Below are positions 52,370 to 63,975 of a stretch of 64,000 nucleotides of DNA, piece after piece. A program made the translations under genes and the position numbers. Source of the DNA: the human T2T-CHM13v2.0 reference genome, Homo sapiens; NCBI RefSeq assembly GCF_009914755.1, contig NC_060942.1, one strand, 5' to 3'. Below the pieces are notes generated by a model. It saw only the letters and a list, made by a program, of their open reading frames with translations, was not told where the DNA came from and ran no database searches. Numbering within the stretch: position 1 is the first letter of the stretch; every line of letters starts with the position of its first letter.

Positions 52370-54950
52370 ATTTGTTTTAACTTTTATTTTAGGTTCAGGG
52401 ATACATGTGAAGGTTTGTTAACATAGGTAAACTCATGTCATGGGGGTTTGTTGTACAGATTATTTCATCACCCAGGTACTAAGCCCAGTATCCGATAGTT
52501 ATCTTTTCTGCTCCTCTCCCTCCTTCCACCCTCCACCTTCATGTCCAGTGTCTGTTGTTTCCTTCTTTGTGTTCATAAGTTCTCATCATTTAGCTCCCAT
52601 TTATAAATGAGAACATGTGATATTTGGTTTTCTGTTCCCGTGTTGGTTTGCTAAGGATAATGGCCTCCAGCTCCATCCATGTTCCCACAAAAGACATGAT
52701 CGTGTTCTTTCTTATGGATGTATAGTGTTTCGTGGTGTATATGTACCACATTTTTTTATCCAATCTGTTATTGATGGGCATTGAGGTTGATTTCATGTCT
52801 TTGCTGTTGTGATTAGTGCTACAATGAACATTCGTGTGCATGTGTCTTTCTGGTAGAATGATTTATATTCCTCTTGGTATATATATACCCAGTAATGGGA
52901 TTGCTGGGTCGAATGGAAGTTCTGCTTTTAGCTCTTTGAAGAATCACCATACTGCTTTCCACAATGGTTGAATTAATTTACACTCCCTCCAACCGAGTAT
53001 AAGTGTTCCTTTTTTTCCACAACTTCACCAACATCTGTTATTTTTTGACTTTTTAATTATAACCATTTTCACTGATGTGAGATGGTATCTCATTGTGGTT
53101 TAGATTTGCATTTCTCTGATGATCAGTGATGTTGAGCCTTTTTTTTTTCCATATTCTTGTTGGTCACATGTATGTCTTCTTTTAAAAAGTGTCTGTTCGG
53201 GGCCGGGCATGGTGGCTCACGCCTGTAATCCCAGCATTTTGGGGGGCCAAGGTGGGTGGATCACGAGGTCAGGAGATCAAGATCATCCTGGCTAACACGG
53301 TGAAACCCTGTCTCTACTAAAAATACAAAAAATTAGCTGAGCATGGTGGTGGGCACCTGTAGTCCCAGCTACTCAGGAGGCTAAGACAGGAGAATGGCAT
53401 GACCTGGGAGGTGGAGCTTGCAGTGAGCCGAGACAGTGCCACTACACTCCAGCCTGGGAGACAGAGGAAGACTCCATCTCAAAAAAAGAAGTGTCTGTTC
53501 ATGTCCTTTGCCCACTTTTAGTGGGGTTGTTCATTTTTCTCTTGTAAATTAAAGTTCCTTAAAGATGCTCGACATTAGACCTTTGTCAGATGCATAGTGT
53601 GCAAAAATTTTCGCCCACTCTATAGGTTATCTGTTTACTCTGTTGATAGTTTCTTTTGCTGTGCAGAACTTCTTAAATTTAATTAGATCCCATTTGTCAA
53701 TTTTTGCTTTCATTGTGATTGCTTTTGGTAAATTTCGCTGTGATTGCTTTGTCAGCCTGTTCCTATGTCCAGGATGGTATTGCCTAGGTTGTCTCCCAGG
53801 GTTTTTATAGTTTTGGGTTTTACATTTAAGTCTTTAATCCATCTAGAGATGACTTTTGTATATGGTGTAAGGAAAGTGTCCAGTCTTCAACATTTGACTA
53901 GCCAGTTATCCCAGCACCATTTATTGAATAGAGAGTCTTTTCCCCATTGCTTGTTTTGTCAGCTTTGTCAAAGATCAGATGGTCATAGGTGTGTGACCTT
54001 ATTTCTGGGCTTTCTATTCTGTTCCATTGGTCTATGTGCCTGTTTCTGTACTAGTACTATGCTGTCGCAATTACTGTAGCCCTATATTGTAAAGTTGGGT
54101 AGTGTGATGCCTCCAGCTTTGTTCTTTTTGCTTAGGATTGCCTTGGTAATCCAGGCTCTTTTTTTGTTCCATATGAATTTTAAAACAATTTTTTTCTAGT
54201 TCTGTGAAGAATGTCTTTGGTAGTTTGATAGGAATAGCATTGAATCTGTAAACTGCTTTGGGCAGTATGGCCATTTTAATGACACTAATCCTTCCAATTC
54301 ATGAGCATGGGATATTTTCCATTTGTTTGTGTCATCTCTGATTTCTTTGAGCAGTGTTTTGTAATTCTCATTGTAGATATCTTTCACCTCCCTGGTTAGC
54401 TGTATTCCTAGGTATTTTATTCTTTTCGTGGCAACTGTGAATGAGATTGCCTTTCTGATTTGGCTCTCAGCTTGACTGTTGTTGGTGTGTAGGAAAGCTA
54501 GTGATTTTTGTACATTGATTTTGTATCCTGGAACTTTGCTGAAGTTATCAGCTGAAGGAGCTTTTGGGCTGAGATGATGGAGTTTTCTGGATATAGAATC
54601 ATGTCATTTGCAAACAAAGATAGTTTGACTTTCTCTCATCCTATTTGAATGCGCTTTATTTCTCCTTCCTGATTGCCCTGACCAGAACTTCCAACATTAT
54701 GTTGCATAGAAGTGGTGAGAGAGGGCATCCGTGTCTCCTGCTGGTTTTCAAGGGGAATGCTTCTAGCTTTTGCCCATTCAGTATGATATTGGCTGTGGAT
54801 TTGTCATAGATGGCCCTTATTATTATATTTTGAGGTATGTTCCTTCAATACCTAGTTTATCGAGTGTTTTAACATGAAGGGTGTTGAATTTTATTGAAAG
54901 CCTTTTCTGTGTCTATTGAGATAATAATGTGGGTTTTGTCTTTAATTCTT
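52370..54950 (-). mobile_element. L1PA (older primate) 3' ~2.3 kb, interrupted by an Alu
   Basis: ttttattttaggttcagggatacatgtgaaggtttg...; antisense ORF2 pieces translate as [18 protein letters not shown] and WMELEAIILSK. Confidence 0.93.
53201..53487 (+). mobile_element. AluY-like element nested in the L1
   Basis: ggagaatggcatgacctgggaggtggagcttgcagtgagccgag; TSD aagtgtctgttc. Confidence 0.95.
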
Positions 54951-55092
54951 AAACGTGCATATTAACCTTTCCTTTTATCCTTTTGTACTCTCTGGATGTA
55001 CAGACCCACCCACTCACTCCTGTAGATTCATTAGGCTACAGTTGCACTGTGAAAGGCACAGAGAGGGACTGGGGAGAGGAAGAGAAGAAAGC

Positions 55093-55461
55093 TGTTATTA
55101 GTCGATTCTCATGCTGCTAATAAAGACATATCCGAGACTGGGTAATTTATAAAGGAAAGAAGGTTAATTGACTCACAGTTCTGCACCACTGGGGAGGCCT
55201 CAGGAAACTTACAATCACAGTGGAAGGGGAACCAAACACGTCCTTCTTCACATAACGGCAGCAAGGAGAAGTGCCAAGCAAAGCGGGAAAGCCCTTATAA
55301 AACCATCAGATCTCGTGAGATCTTACTCTCACAAGAACAGGATGGGGGATACCGCCCCCTATGATTCAATTGTTTCCACCTGGTCCCTAAACAATGCATG
55401 GGAATTATGGGAACTACAATTTAAGATGAGATTTGGGTGGAGACACAGCCAAACCATATCA
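55093..55461 (-). mobile_element. THE1 (C-like) solo LTR
   Basis: tgttattagtc...gagactgggtaatttataaag...gacacagccaaaccatatca; 5-bp TSD aaagc. Confidence 0.93.
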
Positions 55462-56139
55462 AAAGCCTTCCTGGGAGGCCTAGCAAACTACAGCAATGGA
55501 CTGCCATTCAAGGGGGAGAGACAGGCAGAAGACAAGTAAACACCAAGACTGGTGTGCCATTGCCCAAAGTCCACCCCTCCCATTCTGGGCTAGACAGTGG
55601 CAGGCTTGAGTAAGAGTCAGATGATGGAACAAATCAAAGATGTTTGACTTGTGCTTTGGCTTACTGGTTAGGGGGGCCAGCCTGCCCATAACCATACAAT
55701 CTTCATATCATGTATTCTAAAAGTTACAAACTCAACTGAAAAAAATTCCTTAAAAGTTTTATGGCCTCAAAGTCATATCCTTTTTGTTCTTCTGAAGGAA
55801 TACCATAGTTTCTCTCTTTTCAAATGTATATCTGGATCTTTTTCAGACCTTTACTTGTTTGTTGTTACTCTCCTTGTTTGTAAAATACATGCTTAAATAA
55901 CATTTCCAATTTATATGTTAAGTTTGGATTCCCTGTGCATCCAAAAACAATGCTCTAGAAAGTGTAGGATAAAGAATCTTGGGTTGTACTTATGTATAAA
56001 ATAGGACCCAGAATGTTAATCTATTAGAATGAGGTGAAGTGGTTAGCTAGCTGCAGGCTGATGGATTCTCCCCTCAAATCTTCCTGCATACAGATCTTGA
56101 ATAGTTGTTATATTATACTGTACTGTCCTATCCTAATAT

Positions 56140-57360
56140 CATATCATATATCTAATATATAATGTCAAGTGGTAATAACAGCCAGGAAGAAAAAATAAGA
56201 GTATAAATGGTTAGGTAGTGACCTGACACAGGGTGGTCATGGAAGGCTTCTCGGAGGAGGTGGTATTTTGGGCAGAGACCTGTGGAATGAGTGAGAGCCA
56301 TCCATGCAGCTGTCAGTAGGGAAAACATTCTACACATGGGGAACAGCTGGTACTGGATACCTTGTCAGGCCTGTGGTCCTACCCTGTGGAGTGGCCTCCT
56401 CACCCCTCCCCACAGGCCCTGCAGGCTCTCAGTTCCTTGGCCTCTGTGTCCCTCCAGGGCTCCTGCACACTACACATGGTGTCTGGGGCTCTGAGGTGGG
56501 CTTTTTCAGGGAATAACCAGGATTCCAGTGTAACTAGAGTCACAAGAGATGAAGTCAGAGAGGTGATAGGGCTAGTCGTCCAGGGCCTTATTTGGAAATG
56601 CTATATTTAGTTTATCCATGCATTATATCCATCCAATGCTATACTTAGTTTATCTTTCCATGGACATTTGGGTTGTTTCCACTTTCAGCTATTGTGAATA
56701 ATGCTTCTATGAACTTTTGTGTAGAAGGTTTTGTGTGTACACATATTTTCATTTCTTTTTATGCAAATGAGAAAAATTGCTAAGTCATGTAATAAACTCT
56801 GTTTATCTTTTTGAAGAACTGCCAGATCATTTTCTATGGCTGCTAAACCATTTTATCTTCCTACCAGCACTGTGGAAAGGGTCCAATTTCTCCACATCCT
56901 CACCAACATTTGTTCTAGCCTGTCTCTTTTATTACAGCCATCCTGGTGGGTGTATGTGGTGTCTCCTTGTGGTTCTGATGTGTATTCCTTAGTGATGTTG
57001 AGCAGCTTTTTTCATGTATCTCTTGGCCGTGTGCATATCTTTTTAGGAGAAATGTCTATTCAAATCCTTTGTCCATTTTTTATTTGTCTTTTTAGTGTTG
57101 CGTTGTAAGATTCCTTTATATATTCTGACACAAGTCCCTTATTAGACACATGACTTGCAAATATTTTCTCCTATCTTTTAGATTGTCTTTTTAGTCTTGA
57201 TAATATCCTTTGAAACACAAAAGTTTTTAAGTTTAATGAAGTCCAGTTTATCTACTTTGGTCACTTCTGCTTTGGGTATCATATCTAAGCACATTAATCC
57301 AAAGTCATGAAGATTTCTACTTTATTTTCTTCTAAGAGTCATGTAGTTTTGGATAGCATT
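56140..57360 (-). mobile_element. L2 fragment (~56140-56595) abutting an old L1M fragment (~56600-57360)
   Basis: L2: gggtggtcatggaaggcttctcggaggaggtggtatttt; L1: ggacatttgggttgtttccac...ggagaaatgtctattcaaatcc. Confidence 0.7.
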
Positions 57361-58168
57361 TTTTAGGCCCTTTTACTTTAAATACAAGTTGTATGTTTAC
57401 TTCATTATTCGTCTCAAAAAGAGTAAGCCAGTGTCCCTTATTTTAAAAAATCCATATTCAAGCTGTGCAAATTAGAGTGATCAAAATTTTTTGTCTATAA
57501 ATAGTGGTATCATTTGCGTAATGTTGTTTGTTCCACAGAAAGCTTTCCCTCTGTCTCCCACTGTGTTCTTTCTCATTTCCTAATAACTAAAATTTGGGTA
57601 CTTATCTGCTCATGTAATTTCTTTTACAACATTTTAAAACAAATAATGTTTAATAATTTTTGTTTACAAATTAAGTAGTTAAAATAAATTTATTTTCTGC
57701 TTCTTTGGTGTTTCCTAATTAAATTAATATTATATATAATATCACAAGAAATGTTTAAAAATATTTACTCAGAAAACAGCATCTACTTAGAAGCTATGAA
57801 TTAACATGTTATTCATAATATGTTCATGTCTATTTTAAGTGTTCATTCCAAAGAATTTCTAAGCAACATTTCTTTATTCCTATTGAATTGTCATATAATC
57901 TAGAAATGGTGCAATACTTTTCGAAAATACCACTTTAACATTTTTCTTACAAAAGTTTTACATATATCCATTTTAGAAAAATGTTAAAACACAGATACGC
58001 AAAGTGAAAAAGTAATCTGTTGAGGTCCTGCCACCTAGATATAATCTCCATCAGTGGGAAAGTGAGTTGAACTTCTGTTTGCATTTTCACTTGAGAAGAC
58101 TCTTGAAATTCAAAGCCCCAGGAATGAAGGACAGTGTCTTCTTACTGAGAGTGTGGCTTGTTGGTTTC

Positions 58169-58210
<42 letters not shown>

Positions 58211-58213
58211 TAT
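58169..58213. repeat. (TTA)n microsatellite
   Basis: About 13-14 TTA/TAT units ending ~100 bp upstream of exon 25. Confidence 0.95.
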
Positions 58214-58311
58214 TTTAAGTTCTCACATTGGTTTCTTACTGAGAGATTTTAGACAAGTAATTTTTATTTCTTAAAACGGAAGTCATTGCTATTACTGTTT
58301 TTTCCTTGCAG

Positions 58312-58504
58312 ATTCCACTCCTTTTTACTCTTTATGGGCCATCCACCTTATGCAATTCGGGAAGTGAACATAAACAAATTCTGCAGGATTATTAGTGAAT
58401 TTGCACTAGAGTATCGCACAACCAGGGAAAGGGTTTTGCAGCAGAAACAGAAACGGGCCAACCACAGAGAGAGAAATAAGACCAGAGGGAAGATGATCAC
58501 CGAT
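58312..58504 (+). CDS. FHOD3: FHOD3 coding exon (~exon 25), FH2 C-terminal helix
   Basis: Acceptor ttttccttgcAG, donor GAT|GTAAGT; 193 nt, phase 2-0; (R)[13 protein letters not shown]...[36 protein letters not shown]. Confidence 0.97.
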
Positions 58505-58590
58505 GTAAGTTTCACACAATCCCTCTCCTTATGTCATTCGTTTTCAAAGTAAGATCAGTCAGGAATCCTCCCCACAGTTAAAAGCTGTGC

Positions 58591-58618
58591 TTTTTTTTTT
58601 TTTTTTTTTTTTTTTTTT
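58591..58618. repeat. T28 homopolymer
   Basis: Poly-T run ~85 bp downstream of the exon 25 donor. Confidence 0.95.
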
Positions 58619-61600
58619 GACTATAAAAAATTATCTCTTTTAAAAAGTGCTCTTAAAGTACTCCTCCACCATTTCTGTGAAAATCTGCTAAATAACAAGG
58701 AGCTAGGAGATGTAAAGTTCAGAACGTGTGGCTAGAAGAGGAACATGGAACCCATTTTGGTGTGTTGCATGTTGCTGATGACATTAAATGTTTGATTCTA
58801 TTTTTGTCCTCTGTGATGTGGGTAAAGTTGGATGAAGACAAGTAAAATATAAAAGATAATGCCGCTTATCATAGAAAGACAAATGTACTGATTGGGGCAT
58901 TGATTCAGAATTTTAATCATCATAACGGTGCTGTGTAACCAATCAGTTGACACATGGACCACCCATTGTGGGCATCTGAATAAACTGATGTGATTGCTCC
59001 AAGATACAATCTAATGGGCTCTTGCCAGTCCCTTGAATCACAGGACATCAGGGTGGAAAGAGTTCCCAGAGGACAGTGAATCCAGTAGGAGTTTCCCCAT
59101 AGCACCCTGGGGAGCCCCTGCACACTTACATGTCTCCCCTGCTCCCGGGCTCTTTCCCCATCTCTCCTGTCTCAGCCCCAAGCCTACCTAGGTCTTGGGG
59201 GGCAGTGGATATTCAGATGACAGATGCTCAGTAAAGTGGAGGGTAAAGGGATGCATGACGATGCCAGAGACCAACGGAGGTACATAGTGCAGGTTCCTTT
59301 TTCTTAATGTGCCTTTACGAAACATAAAAACCAGGCTAGCATCTCACTTACCTCATCCATTACTGTAAGGTCAGTTCCAGGCAAAAGGCTGAAATTTTCT
59401 GGGAATCCTCCTTTAGTCACTATTTATTCTTTCTTGAACAGACTCAACGATAATAAAGTCATCTTTTTTGATATTGACAGGTCATATTTGGAACTTGTTG
59501 AAGGACTCTAGAGTGTGATTTTTTTTCATGGTTTGGATTGTTGCCCATGGATTTCTCCCATCTGTGCGTGCATTTGAGTAGCACATGGACTTCTGGCAAT
59601 AGAGGGAATGGAATGAGGAAAGGATTAAGCCACAGGGCGTGCCATCATCTGGGCAGTTACACATTTCAACTGAACCCTAGTTAGGCAGATTTTTGCTGGG
59701 GGAGGAAGAAAACCAATTAGGAAGACCTCACTGAAGCCGCCCTATGTGCACAGACATGTGTGTATGTAGTCAGCCAAGCAGAGGGCACTTGGTTACTGCT
59801 CTCTAGAAGTCCACATTCCTGAGGGTCTGACTTACATGGAAGGCCAGACACATTAACTTAGCAATTTTGTTATAATTTTAAGAACCACGGGATAATCATT
59901 TCTCTTACCATCCACCTTTGTGTAAGCTCCTTGTTTTCTTGGAATTTTCTGGACCTTTAGGAAGTGCTCAGGTCACTTTTGTGCAGAAGGAGCCCTTTCT
60001 ACAGCTCTACCCTGCACCCAAGCAGTTCTGAATTCCAGTGCCATCAGCCAAGAGTCTTCTGTATCCTTTCCTGAAATCTCAGTTCAGTAGGATCCACAGC
60101 CTCTTGGAAGACAGCAACCCAGGAAGCATGTTGGATCCACTTGGGCAAACTGTGGCCCACATTTTATTCATAGTATTATTTTTGAAAGTTTAAAAAAAGA
60201 GATTGCTTATTTTGTGGCTATGAGACACATACAAGCCGAATATGCTTATAGTTATGTGGACACATCAAAATTTCTTGCTAAATTCTTGAGATTTTTTACA
60301 GATCCCACTAATTTTTAAATTCTTTCTCTTAAAACATTTGGCTTTCCCAATCATAAACAGAGGTGAATGTTTCTAGAGTTTGATTCAAAAATATTTAAAT
60401 TCCCATTAAAATCTGGACAGGATAGGCTTCGTCAGGATTCATTCTCAGCCTAGTCCATGTTTTTAATGGCCAAAGTGGCATCATTCATGTAGAAGGATTG
60501 CCCTCTGCTGGAACATTAGGATATTGTCCCTTAAGGAAAACTACAGCCTTGGGTTTTTCCAACTCAATTATTAAGGGCTCATTGTGCATCCAGCAGTGCC
60601 TGGGACACCAAGGAAGATGTGAGTATAAAGAAAAGCTTATATCCCAAGGACATCATAACCTGGTTAAAAATGGCATATACACAACTTAAACCACTGAAAA
60701 CAAAGCCAGACAGTAGACTTAGAATCACGGACCCCCTGAACGTTGGAGCTAGAAGAGATTTTAGAGAAAACTGTTTGTAGTAAGTCACCTTGAATGTACA
60801 TGCTGAATAAAATGAGGATGCAAGTGGTAACATTTAGAGATGAGAGGTCTGAGGGTAAAATCTGCAGCCCCCACGCACCAGCTCCTGAGTGCCTATCCCT
60901 CTTCTTCTCCCCGTTTCTGGGTATTCAGAAGGCTTCCTTTTCATCATCCAGGGGTCCTCCCAGGCCAGGATCACTGAGCAACTAATTCCTCATCCTGTGT
61001 ACAAAGTTGGTCCTAGAGCAAATGGTGACATAGACAAGGCAACACGAGGCACCTACAGCCTTTCTGCCGCATTCACACTCGTGAGGTGGGCTGTGAGAAC
61101 CCAGGCTGGTCAATCCCAGGCCTCCCACGTTGGAGGGCAGTGGTAATCCTGGGTGAGACCCTTAACCCTTCTCAATGCCAGCTTCCTCTTCTATAGAAAG
61201 GGAATGATGATTACTTTTAGGGATGTTGAGCGGGCCAATATTTTATATATGTAGCACCTTGAACATGTGTGAATTTCTGGAAAAATGCCAGCCATCCCAG
61301 GTTATATAAATAAACTGTAAGAATTTTTTAAAAGAGAGTAATGGAACAGGACTGTTGTCTCTTGTCACAATGCCATTTGGATGAGGCAGCGTGGAATGTT
61401 ACGGACTGGAAGTGGTTTGTCATTTTAACTTCCAAAAGCATAGTTCATTCTCAAAACACTTCAATCTGATTTGCTGGCCTGGCCCTGTAACCTCACAGAC
61501 ACTCCTAAATTGAAAGTGTGTTTAATTTATGATCAAGAGATTGACATGACTTTTCACTCTCAATTTATGTTAGAAGAGAGATATTTTATTTAAAGTAACT

Positions 61601-62310
61601 TAAAGCAGTTTAGTGCTAAAGTAATTAAAAGTATGGAGAGTCAGTTCAGGTGGCTCCCATGAGAAACAGGTGAGATGTTAAAAATAAATTAATTTCATGC
61701 TCCTGAGGAGAGAGTAATGTGAACACGCTGCTGGAGCAGTTGTCTCACTTGTCCTGGCTGGCCTGCATATGGAAGGACCAGCGGTAGCCCAGAACCAGCA
61801 GCCTGGGCAGGGAGGGATCCTGCGCTCGGGATGGGATGGGAGGGCCGGCAGCTGACAGGCAGAGCCAAGCAAATGGAAGCCAGTCCACTTAGAGGGGCCT
61901 TGATGACTGTCAGGCCGTGATGGGTTCATAAGGATGTGGCCAGCCAAGCCATATGGTTCACAGAGCAGGACACTCTCAGCACGATGCACAGCTGCGAGTG
62001 ACGTTGGTGGTGGTCAGGGAATCGAGTTAGCTGACTGTTACCTCAGGGACAGCCCCAGAAGATTGGCCCGGAGCCGTGTGAGTCCCTCTGGTCATGGGTG
62101 ATCTTGGAGTTCACACAAGGAGTGTCCAGATGAGGACAAGAGGGTGGGGCCTGGCAGCTCCCAACTCAAGAGGATGTATCCTGGTTGTGGTGACCAGTTT
62201 ATTTACTTGGAATTTTATGTGACATTGCGATGATCTTTTTGCTGACTTCTGTGCCTTCTAAGAATCCCTTCTGTCTTTTCCGTCCTGTCCTGTCCTGTCC
62301 TCTCGGGTAG

Positions 62311-62334
62311 ACTGATGAGGAGGAGGAAGTTGAG
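62311..62334 (+). CDS. FHOD3: FHOD3 24-nt muscle-specific microexon (~exon 26), TDEEEEVE
   Basis: ctcgggTAG|ACT GAT GAG GAG GAG GAA GTT GAG|GTATGA; phase 0-0; matches the known striated-muscle T(D/E)5XE CK2-site insert. Absent from the ORF track. Confidence 0.95.
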
Positions 62335-62393
62335 GTATGACCATTTATGAACATGAAGAATGCCACATTTTACCACCTCATGTATGCTCTGGT

Positions 62394-62488
62394 CTAACCT
62401 AACATAATCAGCATGAAGTGTCAGCACCATTCAGTGCTTTAAACAATGCATGGACATTTTTCTGGTTGGTTTTCGTGTGATCACTAAC
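62394..62488 (+). promoter_or_regulatory. Intronic splicing-enhancer cluster (QKI and RBFOX motifs) downstream of the microexon
   Basis: CTAAC-CTAAC-A-TAAT at 62394-62408, GCATG 62411-62415, TGCATG 62447-62452, ACTAAC 62483-62488. Confidence 0.7.
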
Positions 62489-63169
62489 CACCTGACAGGG
62501 GCTCTCATCATGCCACGTTTGCCAGGGACTGAAGGGTTAAATGCATTTTCCGAGCTGTCCCTGAGGCCCAGCTAATCAGTAACCATGTCACAAGTGGCAG
62601 GTTTAGCAGGTCTCTCCCTGCTGCTGGAAAAGTGGACAGAGAATTTTCCTTTGGCAACTTAAATATGAGAACTAGATTCTGGAATAACCACATGAAGAGT
62701 CCTGAAATCAAAGAGGAAGTGGGGCAGTGGCCAAGGGCCAGGCTAGAGTCTCTGTCCCCAGCCAGTAGGCAGCCTCTGATGTGTGACCATTTCCTCTGCT
62801 GGTGTTAATGGCTCCCATGGGCCAACGTCCATGCAGTGGCAGATGGCAGGGGCTCTTCCCTAGACCCTGGATGCAGGTGCGAGAACCAGAGACCAAGGGG
62901 GCTAATTGGCCCTGGAAAATAAGGAGAGAGCCGTGTAGATGCTACAAGCCACAGATTGTCCCCAACCCTGTTGCCATGCCTGAGACACTGGGTGACAAAG
63001 GAAGCCAGCAGTCTGTGGAGGTGTTCTTTGCAAATGTTAATCTGACTTTTTGTTCTTCATCCAGGTGTTCGGCATTGTGTACGTATGGTATTCCAGCATA
63101 CCTCTTTTAAAATATATATGTCCTGACCTTTTGTTCAGTTAGAGAAAATCAGCCTGAATTTATGTGTCT

Positions 63170-63320
63170 TGTTCTGTTTTGGGCCCTGATACCAATTCTT
63201 TTGGGGTCCCTGGCAAGCCACATATTCTTGAAGGGCCTCAGTTTCCTTTTCCATAAAAGCAAGGTGGGACTAGGTCTAGAAGAATTCTTCCCAACTCTTA
63301 ACATGCTAGGATTCTGTGAT
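63170..63320 (+). mobile_element. MIR3-like fragment
   Basis: ggcaagccac...gggcctcagtttcc...cttcccaactcttaacatgctaggattctgtga. Confidence 0.6.
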
Positions 63321-63800
63321 TGAATCCCACTTTTGTAATTCTACCATCGTAAGTGATACTTAAGAAAAATTTAACTGCTTTCTGACACTAAGTAAAAAAA
63401 TAAAGCTCAATATGCTTGGTTAACAAGGCATATTTCATTTCAATTCTTATATCAGGGCTTTGGTGTAAGAAACACATTTGGTTTTAGACCTTCCCAGAGC
63501 CAATGCCAGTTGCTCCTGACAGCCACCCTTTGAGGGGATCTGAGTGAGTGACAGAGACGGCTACAATGGATGAATGGGTGGTGGTCCTTCTGGGGCCGGG
63601 GGCTTTTCTGTCTCATATTAGATCTTCTTGTAGGCACAGATGTTTTGTCATTAGTTAACTTCAGTGACTGCCGTAATGAATGTGTCTGCAAACAAAACAA
63701 GACAGAGGAGAGGAGCTTTTCCTCAACCACGGGTTTTAGAAGCTTGAGTTGTCTTTTTGGGGAGTCTCCCTCACCTGCTAACTTCCCCTTGGTTTTGCAG

Positions 63801-63975
63801 TCTGGCAAGTTCTCCGGCAGTTCTCCGGCGCCCCCAAGCCAGCCGCAGGGTCTGAGCTATGCGGAGGACGCGGCTGAGCACGAGAACATGAAGGCTGTGC
63901 TGAAAACCTCGTCCCCCTCCGTGGAGGACGCCACCCCCGCGCTGGGCGTCCGCACACGCAGCCGAGCAAGCCGAG
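63801..63975 (+). CDS. FHOD3: FHOD3 coding exon (~exon 27), tail before the DAD
   Basis: Acceptor ggttttgcAG, donor G|GTAACT; 175 nt; SGKFSGSSPAPPSQPQGLSYAEDAAEHENMKAVLKTSSPSVEDATPALGVRTRSRASR(G). Confidence 0.95.

Noticed and set aside
52590-54387. Reverse-transcriptase/L1-like peptides
   Set aside because: Fragmented ORF2 of an inactive, truncated L1PA; no intact retroelement gene.
57495-57504. Isolated MEF2 matches (also 185-194 and ~46573) and the CArG at 35146-35155
   Set aside because: Expected by chance in AT-rich DNA, or simply part of the MLT1 consensus.
61650-61669. Possible 20-nt exon ending CAG|GTGAGA
   Set aside because: Good donor, but a purine-rich acceptor with no pyrimidine tract, and frameshifting.
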